Below the pieces are notes generated by a model that searched no databases, was not told the origin of the DNA, and saw only the letters and a program-made list of their open reading frames with translations. Shown here in pieces: positions 11,108 to 22,152 of a stretch of 64,000 nucleotides of DNA. The stretch's first letter is position 1, and every line of letters begins with the position of its first letter. The position numbers and the translations under genes were made by a program. Source of the stretch: Heterodontus francisci (lineage: Eukaryota); assembly GCF_036365525.1 (NCBI RefSeq), contig NC_090398.1, positions 65,332,369 through 65,396,368 on the forward strand, in the 5' to 3' direction.

Positions 11108-14100
11108 CTCTTAAATTGCAGGTTTACTTCATGTTGCAGTATTTTACAAAGGAAAAAAATGTCAAAGTCTTGACAGAATTGAAATTGATAAAATATTCTC
11201 ATCATCCAATCAGATTCATTCTCCTGCTTGATCAGCATCGCCCTGCAGCAAGTTTGTTTCCTTCAAGTGGTTCTCCAATTTCCGATTGAAATCATTGATT
11301 GTCTCTGCTTCCACCACACTTGTGGACAGACAGTTGTCGCAGGGAAAGCAAAAAGTGCTTCCTCACATTTCCCTGCATCTCTTTCCCAAAACCATCAATC
11401 TGTGTTTCCTAGTCCTTGTACCATCAACTAATGGGAACAGGTTCTCCTTGTCTAACTTACCTATACCTGCATCAGATCTCCACTCAATCCACATTACTGG
11501 AAGGAGAACAACCACTTACTGAGATAACACAATGTAGAGCCATTTATCCAAGCTTTTCAATAACAAAATAATAGTTGTGTTGTAAGTAAAATAGATGGGA
11601 GCATAACATCAAGAGACTTTGATAGATCTGATTGTCTCTGCCCAACGCACCAGATTTTCTGTATCACCTGAACACTGCTCACCGCTGTGTAAAGTTTAGA
11701 GTATTTTCATAGCTTACATTTATGCAAGAACTGCAATGTCAATGTTGGATTGTAAAGCATGACGGTCATCTTCACTGAACTATGTTAAAATCTCATGTTG
11801 AGAGATGTCTCAGTGTGGAAGATGCACGGAGCCATAGGAAAAAAAAGACAACCCATGCAGCTGGAGGGGGATCCACAATGTGGGGGCGATGGACCGTGAC
11901 ATATTTTGCGTTTGTGACAAATAAGGACAGCTAAAATAATAGGATTAATGATATGCTTTGTACCTCAATATATTGAAGACTGTTTGATCTGTTGCTTGCT
12001 TTATTATGAAATGAGTTTTCAAGGCCATACTTTGTTTAGACATTTGTGTGAGGACAATGGGAAGGAAACCAGCACTCCTTGCAGGGAGAGAGATGGGATA
12101 AAGGCAGAATTAAAGAAAAAAATGTCTGGGATCAGTAAGAATGTAACCTTTAGGATCTTTGCTAAAATAGAAAGAATCGGGAAACATCTGTAATGTGTGT
12201 AGATTCAACCATGAACTAACTAGTGTCAAACAATGATGTCAACCTGGACCAATTAAGAAACTTAGAACAATTCAAAACTAATATGGTAACATCCTTGCAC
12301 CACAAGAAGGATAAAAGAAAGGGTTTAACAGTACATCGTCAGCACACTTACACAGGGGTCAACAGAAGATCGTTGGTACTTAAAAGGACAAGATAGAATA
12401 CAGCCAAGAAAACACAGCAAGGGATGAAGAAGGAGAGAAGACCGTGCTGCAGCAAGCACAGAAACAAGAACGGGTGTTGTGTGTTACTGAATATATATTG
12501 CCTTGTTAATTATTAACTTTGTGCATCTTAGTTAAACCTAATAAACTCTCTGACTTGATCACAGAACCTGAGTTTGTATCTTGTAGGTCTATCTTGGTCA
12601 GGAATCTAAAGGTGAGATGGATTGGGTATTCTCTGTCTCACCTCTGTTCAGATAACATCTACCTGAAACTTACAGCTCTTTACTATTTGCATACATTACT
12701 GTGTATTTTGTCCTCCTCAACCTTCAACATTGTGGGCGCTATTGAAGTAATGTTCTTCGTCCAGTTTTCTGCGTCACCCCACTGCATAGTTCTGCCCAGT
12801 CAGCAGAAAGGATCAGTTCACTACTAAACTCTAAAATAAAAGCAAAATACTGCGGATGCTGGAGATCTGAAATAAAAACAAGAAATACTGGAAATACTCA
12901 ACAGGTCTGGCAGCATCTCTGGAGAGAGAAGCAACGTTAACGTTACCGGTCTGTGACCCTACTTCAGAACGAGCAAATATTCGAATTGTCAAAGGTTATA
13001 AGCAAGTAAAGCGGGGGTGGGGCAAGAGATAACAAAGGAGAAGGTGTAATTAAGACAAGGTCACAGAGTAGCTTCCTATCCTTTAACCAACTACCATCTC
13101 ATACCAGTGTCAATTTTAACATGCATTTCTATTCTCCATGTAAGTCTGTTATTCACTACTTGATTGAATGCCTTTGGAAGAGCATATATCCAATAATTAC
13201 TGTACTACCTTCAGTAACTTCAACCACAAGAATTCAATCATGTTAGTCGCACATGATTTGCCCTGAACAAATCCGTACTGGTTGTCCTTTATTAACTCAC
13301 CACTGATGTCAAAAATAATAGTCTTTGTTACCAGATTTTTCATTCCCCTGATTCTGCCTGCTTGTAATCATGGTGATAGGGTGGATATGGGATATTTTGT
13401 ATAAATCATTATCATCATTATTTCAATGATTGTCGCTGCAAACAACCTTTGAATTATGTAGATCAAAAGCAAATTAATGGTAACGTGTGTGACACTGAGA
13501 CTGGAAGATGGTCGGAATAAAGCGGAGGAAGGGGTGAGGGGGCGGCTCCTAAACTGTCCAAACGGATCTCGTCGAAGTGCAAAAGTGAATCCGAGTTTTT
13601 GAGGGATGAAAGTGAAACATCTGATAGTCTCTGCTTAATGTCATCAGAATGAATCTCTCAGTGACTGAAAATATATCTGAATGGCCTTGTCCTGCGAATC
13701 TGCAGAGAGTCCAACAGGTAAAAGTGGTTCAGTGGGAAATACAGTATTTGTTCATAATCTGGCCCTGTTTTGAGTTAGGAAATAATAGAGAGGTTGTCTC
13801 TGGTACAATATGTCAGCGAGAGAGTAGGTTATATTTTTCTATCTTGAATATGTCTTTACCCAAATAGAACAGGATCTCTGTCAATGTGTTACATTATATA
13901 AACGTCACAGGCCACTTCCCCTCCCTATTCTATCGCCCTGCTCTCGATCTCCTCCCTATCCAGTTCATTATTATTGCTGATCATTATATTGGCTTATTTA
14001 TTCTCTTCCATCTCAGACAGTCCCTCGCGATCAACGATGACTTTTCTCCACTCCAGTTTGATGAGTTCTGAAATGGCTGATAAGTCCAATGCATGATATG

Positions 14101-15319
14101 CAGACTCTGTCATATCAGGGACAGGTAGTGCTGGAAGGGTCAGGTAAATGACTGCATTGGAGGTGTGGGTGCTGCCTTCGCTGCCTCGAGTTCGCCTTTG
14201 CATGTTCCTGACAAATATCCCTGAAGTGTACAATGTCTTCCCAAATGAGGGATGATTTGAGGACAATTCTGAAGTGTTTCCACTGTCCTCCTGGGGTTCT
14301 CCTGCCATGACCAAGTTCTGAGTGGAACAGCTGCTTCGGGATATTGGATTTACAGGTTCTTGGAGAGGCGCCTATTCATGGAAAGTGAAAGACTAGCACT
14401 GACTGTCTGAAGACATGTCAGTTGTTGTCTGAGAGTGAGAGGCACTGGAACACTTTCCAATACATAATGTCCCAGATACAGTAAGGAAAGATGGAGTGGA
14501 CAAGTCTCTGTCTTTCTCCAGTACTGAATTATAGTGAGTTGGATGTTCAGTCAGTCCCGAACTGTCCTTGTTGGGTGAGTAGGCAACGGAATCGAGACTA
14601 TTTCCCGTCCCTGTGTGACTGTCACTCAAACTGTCCTGTGTGTGCACGATTAACCCTGAGTCCCTCTATCCAGCTCTGTCTGTTATATCTGGAAAAATGC
14701 TGAACCTTTCACTTGTTGATCTGCTCAAATCGAGTTCAAGACCGAAGTAGTGAACAGAATGTCTCATTAATTCTTTCAATAATACTATGATTGAACAGCA
14801 GGTCATGATCGACTCAGCCAAATTTTAGAAAAATTCCTGTCCATATATCTTTCAAAAGGGAGTGTGAGGATCTCCTGGCTCCGAGTGTTTAGGGGATACA
14901 GGACTAGACATCGGCAACTGAGCCCTGAAAATTCACAGCAAAGACTGTGTACATGAGGACATTTAACAACCGGGAGCTGAAACTCTCGGATGAGCTCTAT
15001 TGTCACTGTGTTTGTGTGTCCGGAATAATCGCGGCAGCTCCGTGTCTCTTGTTTAGAATGAAACGCTGAAGATCGCCATTCGGTATTACTCACATTGACC
15101 GCGGGTTTCACTCCGGTTAGACAAACCTTTTCTGGCTGAAATTAATTCTACAAGGTCCCAGCAAACACACCGACTCCCTCCTTCCTCCCATGTTTCTGTC
15201 GGATTGTTTTGAGAGGAGGGTCTCAACAATAAGAACAAAAAGAACAAAGAACAAAGATAATTACAGCACAGGAACAGGCCCTTCGGCCCTCCAAGCCTGC
15301 GCCGATCCAGATCCTCTCT

Positions 15320-18300
15320 CTAAACATGTCGCCTATTTTCTAAGGTTCTGTATCTCTTTTCTTCCTGCCCATTCATGTATCTGTCTAGATACATCTTAAA
15401 AGACTCCATCGTGCCCGCATCTACCACCTCCGCTGGCAATGCGTTCCAGGTGCCCACCACCCTCTGCGTAAAGAACTTTCCACGCATATCCCCCCTAAAC
15501 TTTTCCCCTTTCACTTTGAACTCGTGTCCTCTAGTAATTGAAACACCCACTCTGGGAAAAAGCCTCTTGCTATCCACCCTGTCTATACCTCTCATGATTT
15601 TGTACAGCTCAATCAGGTCCCCCCTCAACCTCCGTCTTTCGAATGAAAATAATCCTAATCTGCTCAACCTCTCTTCATAGCTAGCGCCCTCCATACCAGG
15701 CAACATCCTGGTGAACCTCCTCTGCACCCTCTCCAAAGCATCCACATCCTTTTGATGTGGGCGGCACAGTGGCGCAGTGGTTAGCACCGCAGCCTCACAG
15801 CTCCAGGGACCCGGGTTCGATTCCGGGTACTGCCTGTGTGGAGTTTGCAAGTTCTCCCTGTGTCTGCGTGGGTTTTCTCCGGGTGCTCCGGTTTCCTCCC
15901 ACAAGCCAAAAGACTTGCAGGTTGATAGGTAAATTGGCCATTATAAATTGTCACTAGTATAGGTAGGTGGTAGGGAAATATAGGGACAGGTGGGGATGTT
16001 TGGTAGGAATATGGGATTAGTGTAGGATTAGTATAAATGGGTGGTTGATGTTCGGCACAGACTCGGTGGGCCGAAGGGCCTGTTTCAGTGCTGTATCTCT
16101 AATCTAATCTAATAATGTGGCGACCAGAACTGTACGCAGTATTCCAAATGTGGCCGAACCAAAGTCCTATACAACTGTAACATGACCTGCCAACTCTTGT
16201 ACTCAATGCCCCGTCCGATGAAGGAAAGCATGCCGTATGCCTTCTTGACCACTCTATTTACCTGCGTTGCCACCTTCAGGGAACAGTGGACCTGAACACC
16301 CAAATCTCTCTGGACATCAATTTTCCCCAGGACTTTTCCATTTACTGTATAGTTCACTCTTGAATTGGATCTTCCAAAATGCATCACCTCGCATTTGCCC
16401 TGATTGAACTCCATCTGCCATTTCTCTGCCCAACTCTCTAATCTATCTATATTCTGCTGTATTCTCTGACAGTCCCCTTCACTATCTGCTACTCCACCAA
16501 TCTTAGTGTCGTCTGCAAACTTGCTAATCAGTCCACCTATACTTTCCTCCAAATCATTAATGTATATCACAAACAACAGTGGTCCCAGCACGGATCCCTG
16601 TGGAACACCACTGGTCACACGTCTCCATTTTGAGAAACTCCCTTCTACTGCTACTCTCTGTCACCTGTTGCCCAGCCAGTTCTTTATCCATCTAGCTAGT
16701 ACACCTTGGACCCCAAGCGCCTTCACTTTCTCCATCAGCCTGCCATGGGGAACCTTATCAAACGCCTTACTGAAGTCCATGTATATGACATCGACAGCCC
16801 TTCCCTCATCAATCAACTTTGTCACTTCCTCAAAGAATTCTATTAAGTTGGTAAGACATGACCTTCCCTGCACAAAACCATGTTGCCTATCACTGATGAG
16901 CCCATTTTCTTCCAAATGGGAATAGATCCTATCCCTCAGTATCTTCTCCAGCAGCTTCCCTACCACTGACGTCAGGCTCACCGGTCTATAATTACCTGGA
17001 TTATCCCTGCTACCCTTCTTAAACAAGGGGACAACATTAGCAATTCTCCAGTCCTCCGGGACCTCACCCGTGTTTAAGGATGCTGCAAAGATATCTGTTA
17101 AGGCCCCAGCTATTTCCTCTCTCGCTTCCCTCAGTAACCTGGGATAGATCCCATCCGGACCTGGGGACTTGTCCACCTTAATGCCCTTTAGAATACCCAA
17201 CACTTCCTCCCTCCTTATGCCGACTTGACCGAGAGTAATCAAACATCTGTTCCTAACCTCAACATCCGTCATGTCCCTCTCCTCGGTGAATACCGATGCA
17301 AAGTACTCGTTTAAAATCTCACCCATTTTCTCTGAGTCCAAGCATAACATTCCTCCTTTGTCCTTTAGTGGGCCAATCCTTTCTCTAGTTACCCTCTTTC
17401 TCCTTATATATGAATAAAAGGCTTTGGGATTTTCCTTAACCCTGTTTGCTAAAGATATTTCATGACCCCTTTTAGCCCTCTTAATTCCTCGTTTCAGATT
17501 GGTCCTACATTCCCGATATTCTTTCAAAGCTTCGTCTTTCATCAGCCGCCTAGACCTTATGTATGCTTCCTTTTTCCTCTTAGCTAGTCTCACAATTTCA
17601 CCTGTCATCCATGGTTCCCTAATCTTGCCATTTCTATCCCTCATTTTCACAGGAACATGTCTCTCCTGCACGCTAATCAACCTCTCTTTAAAAGCCTCCC
17701 ACATATCACATGTGGATTTACCTTCAAACAGCTGCTCCCAATCTACATTTCCCAGCTCCTGCCGAATTTTGGTGTAGTTGGCCTTCCCCCAATTTAGCAC
17801 TCTCCCTTTTGGACCACTCTCGTCTTTGTCCATGAGTATTTTAAAGCTTACGGAATTGTGATCACTATTCCCAAAGTAGTCCCCTACTGAAACTTCAACA
17901 ACCTTGCCGGGCTCATTCCCCAACACCAGGTCCAGTATGGCCCCTTCCCGAGTTGGACTATTTACATACTGCTCTAGAAAACCCTCCTGGATGCTCCTTA
18001 CAAATTCTGCTCCATCTGGACCTCTAACACTAAGCGAATCCCAGTCAATGTTGGGAAAATTAAAATCTCCTATCACCACCACCCTGTTGCTCCTACATCT
18101 TTCCATAATCTGTTTACATATTTGTACCTCTATCTCACGCTCGCTGTTGGGAGGCCTGTAGTACAGCCCCAACATTGTTACCGCACCCTTCCTATTTCTG
18201 AGTTCTGTCCATATTGCCTCACTGCTCGAGTCCTCCATAGTGCCCTCCTTCAGCACAGCTGTGATATCCTCTTTGACCAGTAATGCAACTCCTCCACCCC

Positions 18301-18631
18301 TTTTACCTTCCTCTCTATCCCGCCTGAAGCATCGATATCCTGGGATATTTAGTTGCCAATCATGCCCTTCCCTCAACCAAGTCTCAGTAATAGCAATAAC
18401 ATCATACTCCCAGGTACTAATCCAAGCCCTAAGTTCATCTGCCTTACCTACTACACTTCTTGCATTAAAACAAATGCACCTCAGACCACCAGTCCCTTTA
18501 TATTCATCATCTGCTCCCTGCCTGCTCTTCCCCTTAGTCACACTGACTTCATTATCTAGTTCCTTACAGGCTTTTGTTACTACCTCCTTACTGTCAACTG
18601 ACCTCAATTGGTTCCCATCCCCCTGCCACAT
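15320..18631 (-). pseudogene. CR1 ORF2p (AP endonuclease plus reverse transcriptase), interrupted
   Basis: ITETW, GDFN, SDH, YRPVSLTS, DFSKAFD, GVPQGSVLGP, FADD. In-frame TGA at 16661-16663 and a SINE insertion at 15759-16113. Confidence 0.93.
15759..16113 (+). mobile_element. Full-length HE1-like V-SINE nested in CR1 ORF2
   Basis: A box TGGCGCAGTGG, B box GGTTCGATTCC, core, CR1-derived tail and (CTAAT)n; splits the CR1 motif WSPHY|QKDV. Confidence 0.9.
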
Positions 18632-19578
18632 TAGTTTAAACCCTCCCCAACAGCGTTAGCAAAAGCACCTACAAGGACATTGGTTCCAGTCCGGCCCAGG
18701 TGTAGACCGTCCAATTTGTAATAGTCCCACCTCCCCCAGAACCGGTCCCAATGTCCCAAAAATCTGAACCCCTCCTTCCTGCACCATCTCTCAAGCCACG
18801 CATTCATCCTGACTATTCTTTCATTTTTACTCTGACTATCACGTGGCACTGGTAGTAATCCTGAGATTACTACCTTTGAGGTCCTACTTTTTAACTTGGC
18901 TCCTAACTCCCTAAACTCTGCATGTAGGACCTCATCCCGTTTTTTACCTATATCATTAGTGCCTATGTGCACAATGACAACTGGCTGTTCACCCTCCCCC
19001 TTTAGAATGTTCTGCAGCCGATCTGAGACGTCCCTGACCCGTGCACCTGGGAGGCAACATACCATTCGGGAGCCTCGTTTTCGACCACAGAACCGCCTAT
19101 CTACTCCCCTTACAATCGAATCCCCTACGACTATAGCCCTTCCACTCTTTTTCCCGCCCTTCGGAACAGCAGAGCCAGCCACGGTGCCATGGACCTGGCT
19201 ACTGCTGCCTTCCCCTGGTGAGCCATCTCCCTCAACAGTATCCAAAACGGTATACTTGTTTTGGAGGGAGATGACCGCAGGGGACTCCTGCGCTGCCTTC
19301 CTGCTCTTTCTCTGCCTTTTGGTCACCCATTCCCTTTCTCCCTCAGCAATCCTAATCTGCGGTGTGACCAATTCACTAAACGTGCTATCCACGACCTCCT
19401 CAGCATCGCGCATGCTCCAAAGTGAGTCCATCCGCAGCTCGAGAGCCGTCATGCGGTCTAACAAGAGCTGCAGCTGGACACACTTCCTGCACGTGAAGGA
19501 GCCAGGGTCATCAGCCATGTCCCTGAGCTCCCACATTGAGCAAGAGGAGCATGATACGGGTCTGAGATCTCCTGCCAT
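18631..19578 (-). CDS. CR1 ORF1p (Zn-finger/leucine-zipper N-terminus plus SGNH esterase)
   Basis: CSSCSMW..CRKC, GDSIVR, HIGTND and DGLHL motifs; 315 aa, intact. Confidence 0.9.
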   Translation of the reverse strand: MAGDLRPVSCSSCSMWELRDMADDPGSFTCRKCVQLQLLLDRMTALELRMDSLWSMRDAEEVVDSTFSELVTPQIRIAEGEREWVTKRQRKSRKAAQESPAVISLQNKYTVLDTVEGDGSPGEGSSSQVHGTVAGSAVPKGGKKSGRAIVVGDSIVRGVDRRFCGRKRGSRMVCCLPGARVRDVSDRLQNILKGEGEQPVVIVHIGTNDIGKKRDEVLHAEFRELGAKLKSRTSKVVISGLLPVPRDSQSKNERIVRMNAWLERWCRKEGFRFLGHWDRFWGRWDYYKLDGLHLGRTGTNVLVGAFANAVGEGLN

Positions 19579-19756
19579 TTTTAATCTTAAGTTTGAGCTT
19601 AGTTAAATTAAAAAGGAACGAAAAGTTTTTACCAATCACAATAAAACCAGAGAAATCGAAAAAGCCTTACCTTATAAACACCCCACCGAGTCCTTTTTTT
19701 TGGTTAGAGGAGGAGGGCGGGTGGGAGACACTACAAGTGTGGTGTCTCGGGTTCAG

Positions 19757-20464
19757 AAACCGCCCAAATATATAGTGTTTTACTTACCCAGCAGCCCCCT
19801 GGCCTCCGCCGAAAAACAAAAGGAAATTAAATTTACTTTCAAACGGACTTTCCCAGCTGCTCACTCGCTCAAACGCTGCTCCCGAAAAAGCTGCTGCACT
19901 GAAAGGAAAGTTATTTTAAACCGCCCAAATATATAGTGTTTTACTTACCCAGCAGCCCCCTGGCCTCCGCCGAAAAACAAAAGGAAATTAAATTTACTTT
20001 CAAACGGACTTTCCCAGCTGCTCACTCGCTCAAACGCTGCTCCCGAAAAAGCTGCTGCACTGAAAGGAAAGTTATTTTAAACCGCCCAAATATATAGTGT
20101 TTTACTTACCCAGCAGCCCCCTGGCCTCCGCCGAAAAACAAAAGGAAATTAAATTTACTTTCAAACGGACTTTCCCAGCTGCTCACTCGCTCACACGCTG
20201 CTCCCGAAAAAGCTGCTGCACTGAAAGGAAAGTTATTTTAAACCGCCCAAATATATAGTGTTTTACTTACCCAGCAGCCCCCTGGCCTCCGCCGAAAAAC
20301 AAAAGGAAATTAAATTTACTTTCAAACGGAATTTCCCAGCTGCTCACTCGCTCAAACGCTGCTCCCGAAAAAGCTGCTGCACTGAAAGGAAAGTTATTTT
20401 AAACCGCCCAAATATATAGTGTTTTACTTACCCAGCAGCCCCCTGGCCTCCGCCGAAAAACAAA
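19757..20464 (-). repeat. 161-bp tandem monomers (about 4.4 copies) in the CR1 5' UTR
   Basis: CCGCCCAAATATATAG recurs at 19760, 19921, 20082, 20243 and 20404; copies are nearly identical. Confidence 0.95.
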
Positions 20465-20654
20465 CACCCTGCAGTGAGAGACGGCAATTTGAACATCTAA
20501 ATGGGATAAACTCCCGGCATTCTAGGTTAGAGATTCCCTCCACCCCCTCCCCACCCTCCCTCCACCCTAACCCCATGTTCAGTTTCATTGTTCACACATT
20601 GACGAGGGTGAAATGGGGAAAGTTCCCATTGAGTTTTGAACGCTGAATTGTTGC

Positions 20655-20780
20655 AGAGATCTGCGCAAGCGCAGTATAGCACCGACCACTGGGACGTCAT
20701 AATAAAGTGAAGAGCGCATGCGCACCCCTCCCCCAACACTGTCTCTGAGCGTCATTCAGTGAGTGAGCGGAAGATTGTTT
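20655..20780. promoter_or_regulatory. CpG-rich promoter module (NRF1, CRE, GC box, ETS)
   Basis: TGCGCAAGCGCA 20662-20673, GACGTCA 20693-20699, GCGCATGCGC 20714-20723, CGGAAG ~20768. Paralogues at 25985-26100 (inverted), 55235-55345 (inverted) and 57430-57542; related motifs at 40526-40592. Confidence 0.6.
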
Positions 20781-20945
20781 AAATCAGCTGCGAATGGAGA
20801 CATCCGGGTCCCGGGGTCAGTGAACAAATAACATCTGCGTCCAGCAGCAACACCAGTTTGGGAGCGAGTCTGCAGATGTGTTCAGAGATTAACATTGAAT
20901 AGCGGGAAGTTCAGCGGGGAGTCTGGGACTGTGTGGAATGTACAC

Positions 20946-21743
20946 TAGAGGCCTGGATACCCGTGTCCAACCCGAGCGGGACCCGAGCACATGTGTCTGC
21001 CTCGGCTCGGGCCCAGCTTGCGGCTCTGGCGTTCGGACTCGTGTTCGGTTCAGACACACTCGGTCAGTCTCTGCTGGTCAGAATTGAAATTTAAAAAAAC
21101 TGACCGGAGCTGGGAGTCCGGGTCGGAATTGAGTCTGCGCAATGAGCCGGTGCCGTCACTTTGCCCTCATCACGCATGCGCTGCAGCTTCTTGCAGGTTA
21201 AGTGTCAGGAAGGGAAGAAAAGGAATGGTCAGGTTGGGTCGGGTTCGGGTCCGCTGTGGTTCGGTCAGGTACTGTGTGTGTGTGTGTAGACTAGAGTCCT
21301 GACAGTGAATAGGTTATATTTTTAATACAAATACTGTATATTTTATCATCATTTTGTAATAATTAATCACTTAGAACATTGCTGCTCTTTGCATCTCAGC
21401 TGCTCACTGGATAAACTTGCAGCAAGTATTTCAACCTGGAAAGCAGGAGTCTACATAATGCATAATGATATTTACTGAGCCTTTGGGCAATCACTATGTT
21501 TATTTTAAGCAATACAGTTACTGGTACAGTGTGGCACAACTCCATGGGTTTCTGTTGAACTCATGACCAAACAATCACTGACGTCGTGGCTCCAATCTTC
21601 ATCTTTTTAAACAACCTTTCAAGTCCGATTAATACTGTGTTTGTCCGAACCGAGCCCAAGAGCTCGACCCGGAAGAGTGACCGACCCAAACCCGACACAC
21701 GTCGTCAGGTCCTGTTGGGTTCGGGTCCAGTAGCAGGCCTTTA
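20946..21743. mobile_element. Non-autonomous hAT-like element (MITE), about 800 bp
   Basis: TIR-like TAGAGGCCTG / CAGGCCTTTA with clustered subterminal ACCCGA/TCGGGT motifs; second copy 57715-58502, partial inverted copy 25155-25811, empty-site paralogue ~55030-55085. Confidence 0.65.
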
Positions 21744-22152
21744 GCACGTATTGGTCCTGGGACATGGAGTGAGTCAGGAGAAGAGAGAGGTATTTCTCAG
21801 GCAGTGTCTGGACAGGGTGAGAGAGACAGAATGAGAAGAACTCACTGTTGAAAATCATTGCTGCTTTCTGTCTCCAAACTGTAATGAGTGTTCCCGGTTC
21901 AGATCCAGAGTCTCACTGTTCATTGTTATTGGACAGTGAACAGCATAAAACAATGGCTGCACGATAACGATGCGGCGGTTTTTTAAAGACTAGGTGAGAA
22001 GTTTAAGGACACATTTTAAACAGTGTCTGCTGGTTTTCCCTTCAACAACAGGACTTGGAAGTAGAAATCTGACTGAAAGCCTGGCTGCCTGACCCAAACA
22101 CGATTAAACCCGACTACATCTGTCCAAAGGTGATTTTACACCACAGGACACT

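Larger units (their letters stand above)
6841..15022. repeat. Large inverted segmental duplication
   Basis: 6841-8178 is the reverse complement of ~13685-15022, and 8181-9564 is the reverse complement of ~11118-12211. Confidence 0.85.
15231..20464 (-). mobile_element. Full-length CR1 LINE (ORF1, ORF2, tandem-monomer 5' UTR)
   Basis: (TTTGTTC)n tail and 3' stem-loop GGGCCGAAGGGCCTG at 15231-15300, endonuclease/RT ORF2, esterase ORF1, 161-bp monomers in the 5' UTR. Confidence 0.95.

Noticed and set aside
15759-15835. tRNA gene
   Set aside because: It is the tRNA-derived head of the SINE.
15320-15904. 194-aa ORF
   Set aside because: Chance in-frame chimera of antisense SINE sequence and the CR1 ORF2 C-terminus.
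20938-21751. 8-bp hAT target-site duplication around the MITE
   Set aside because: The flanks (ATGTACAC versus GCACGTAT/GCAGGTAC) do not match, so no TSD is claimed.
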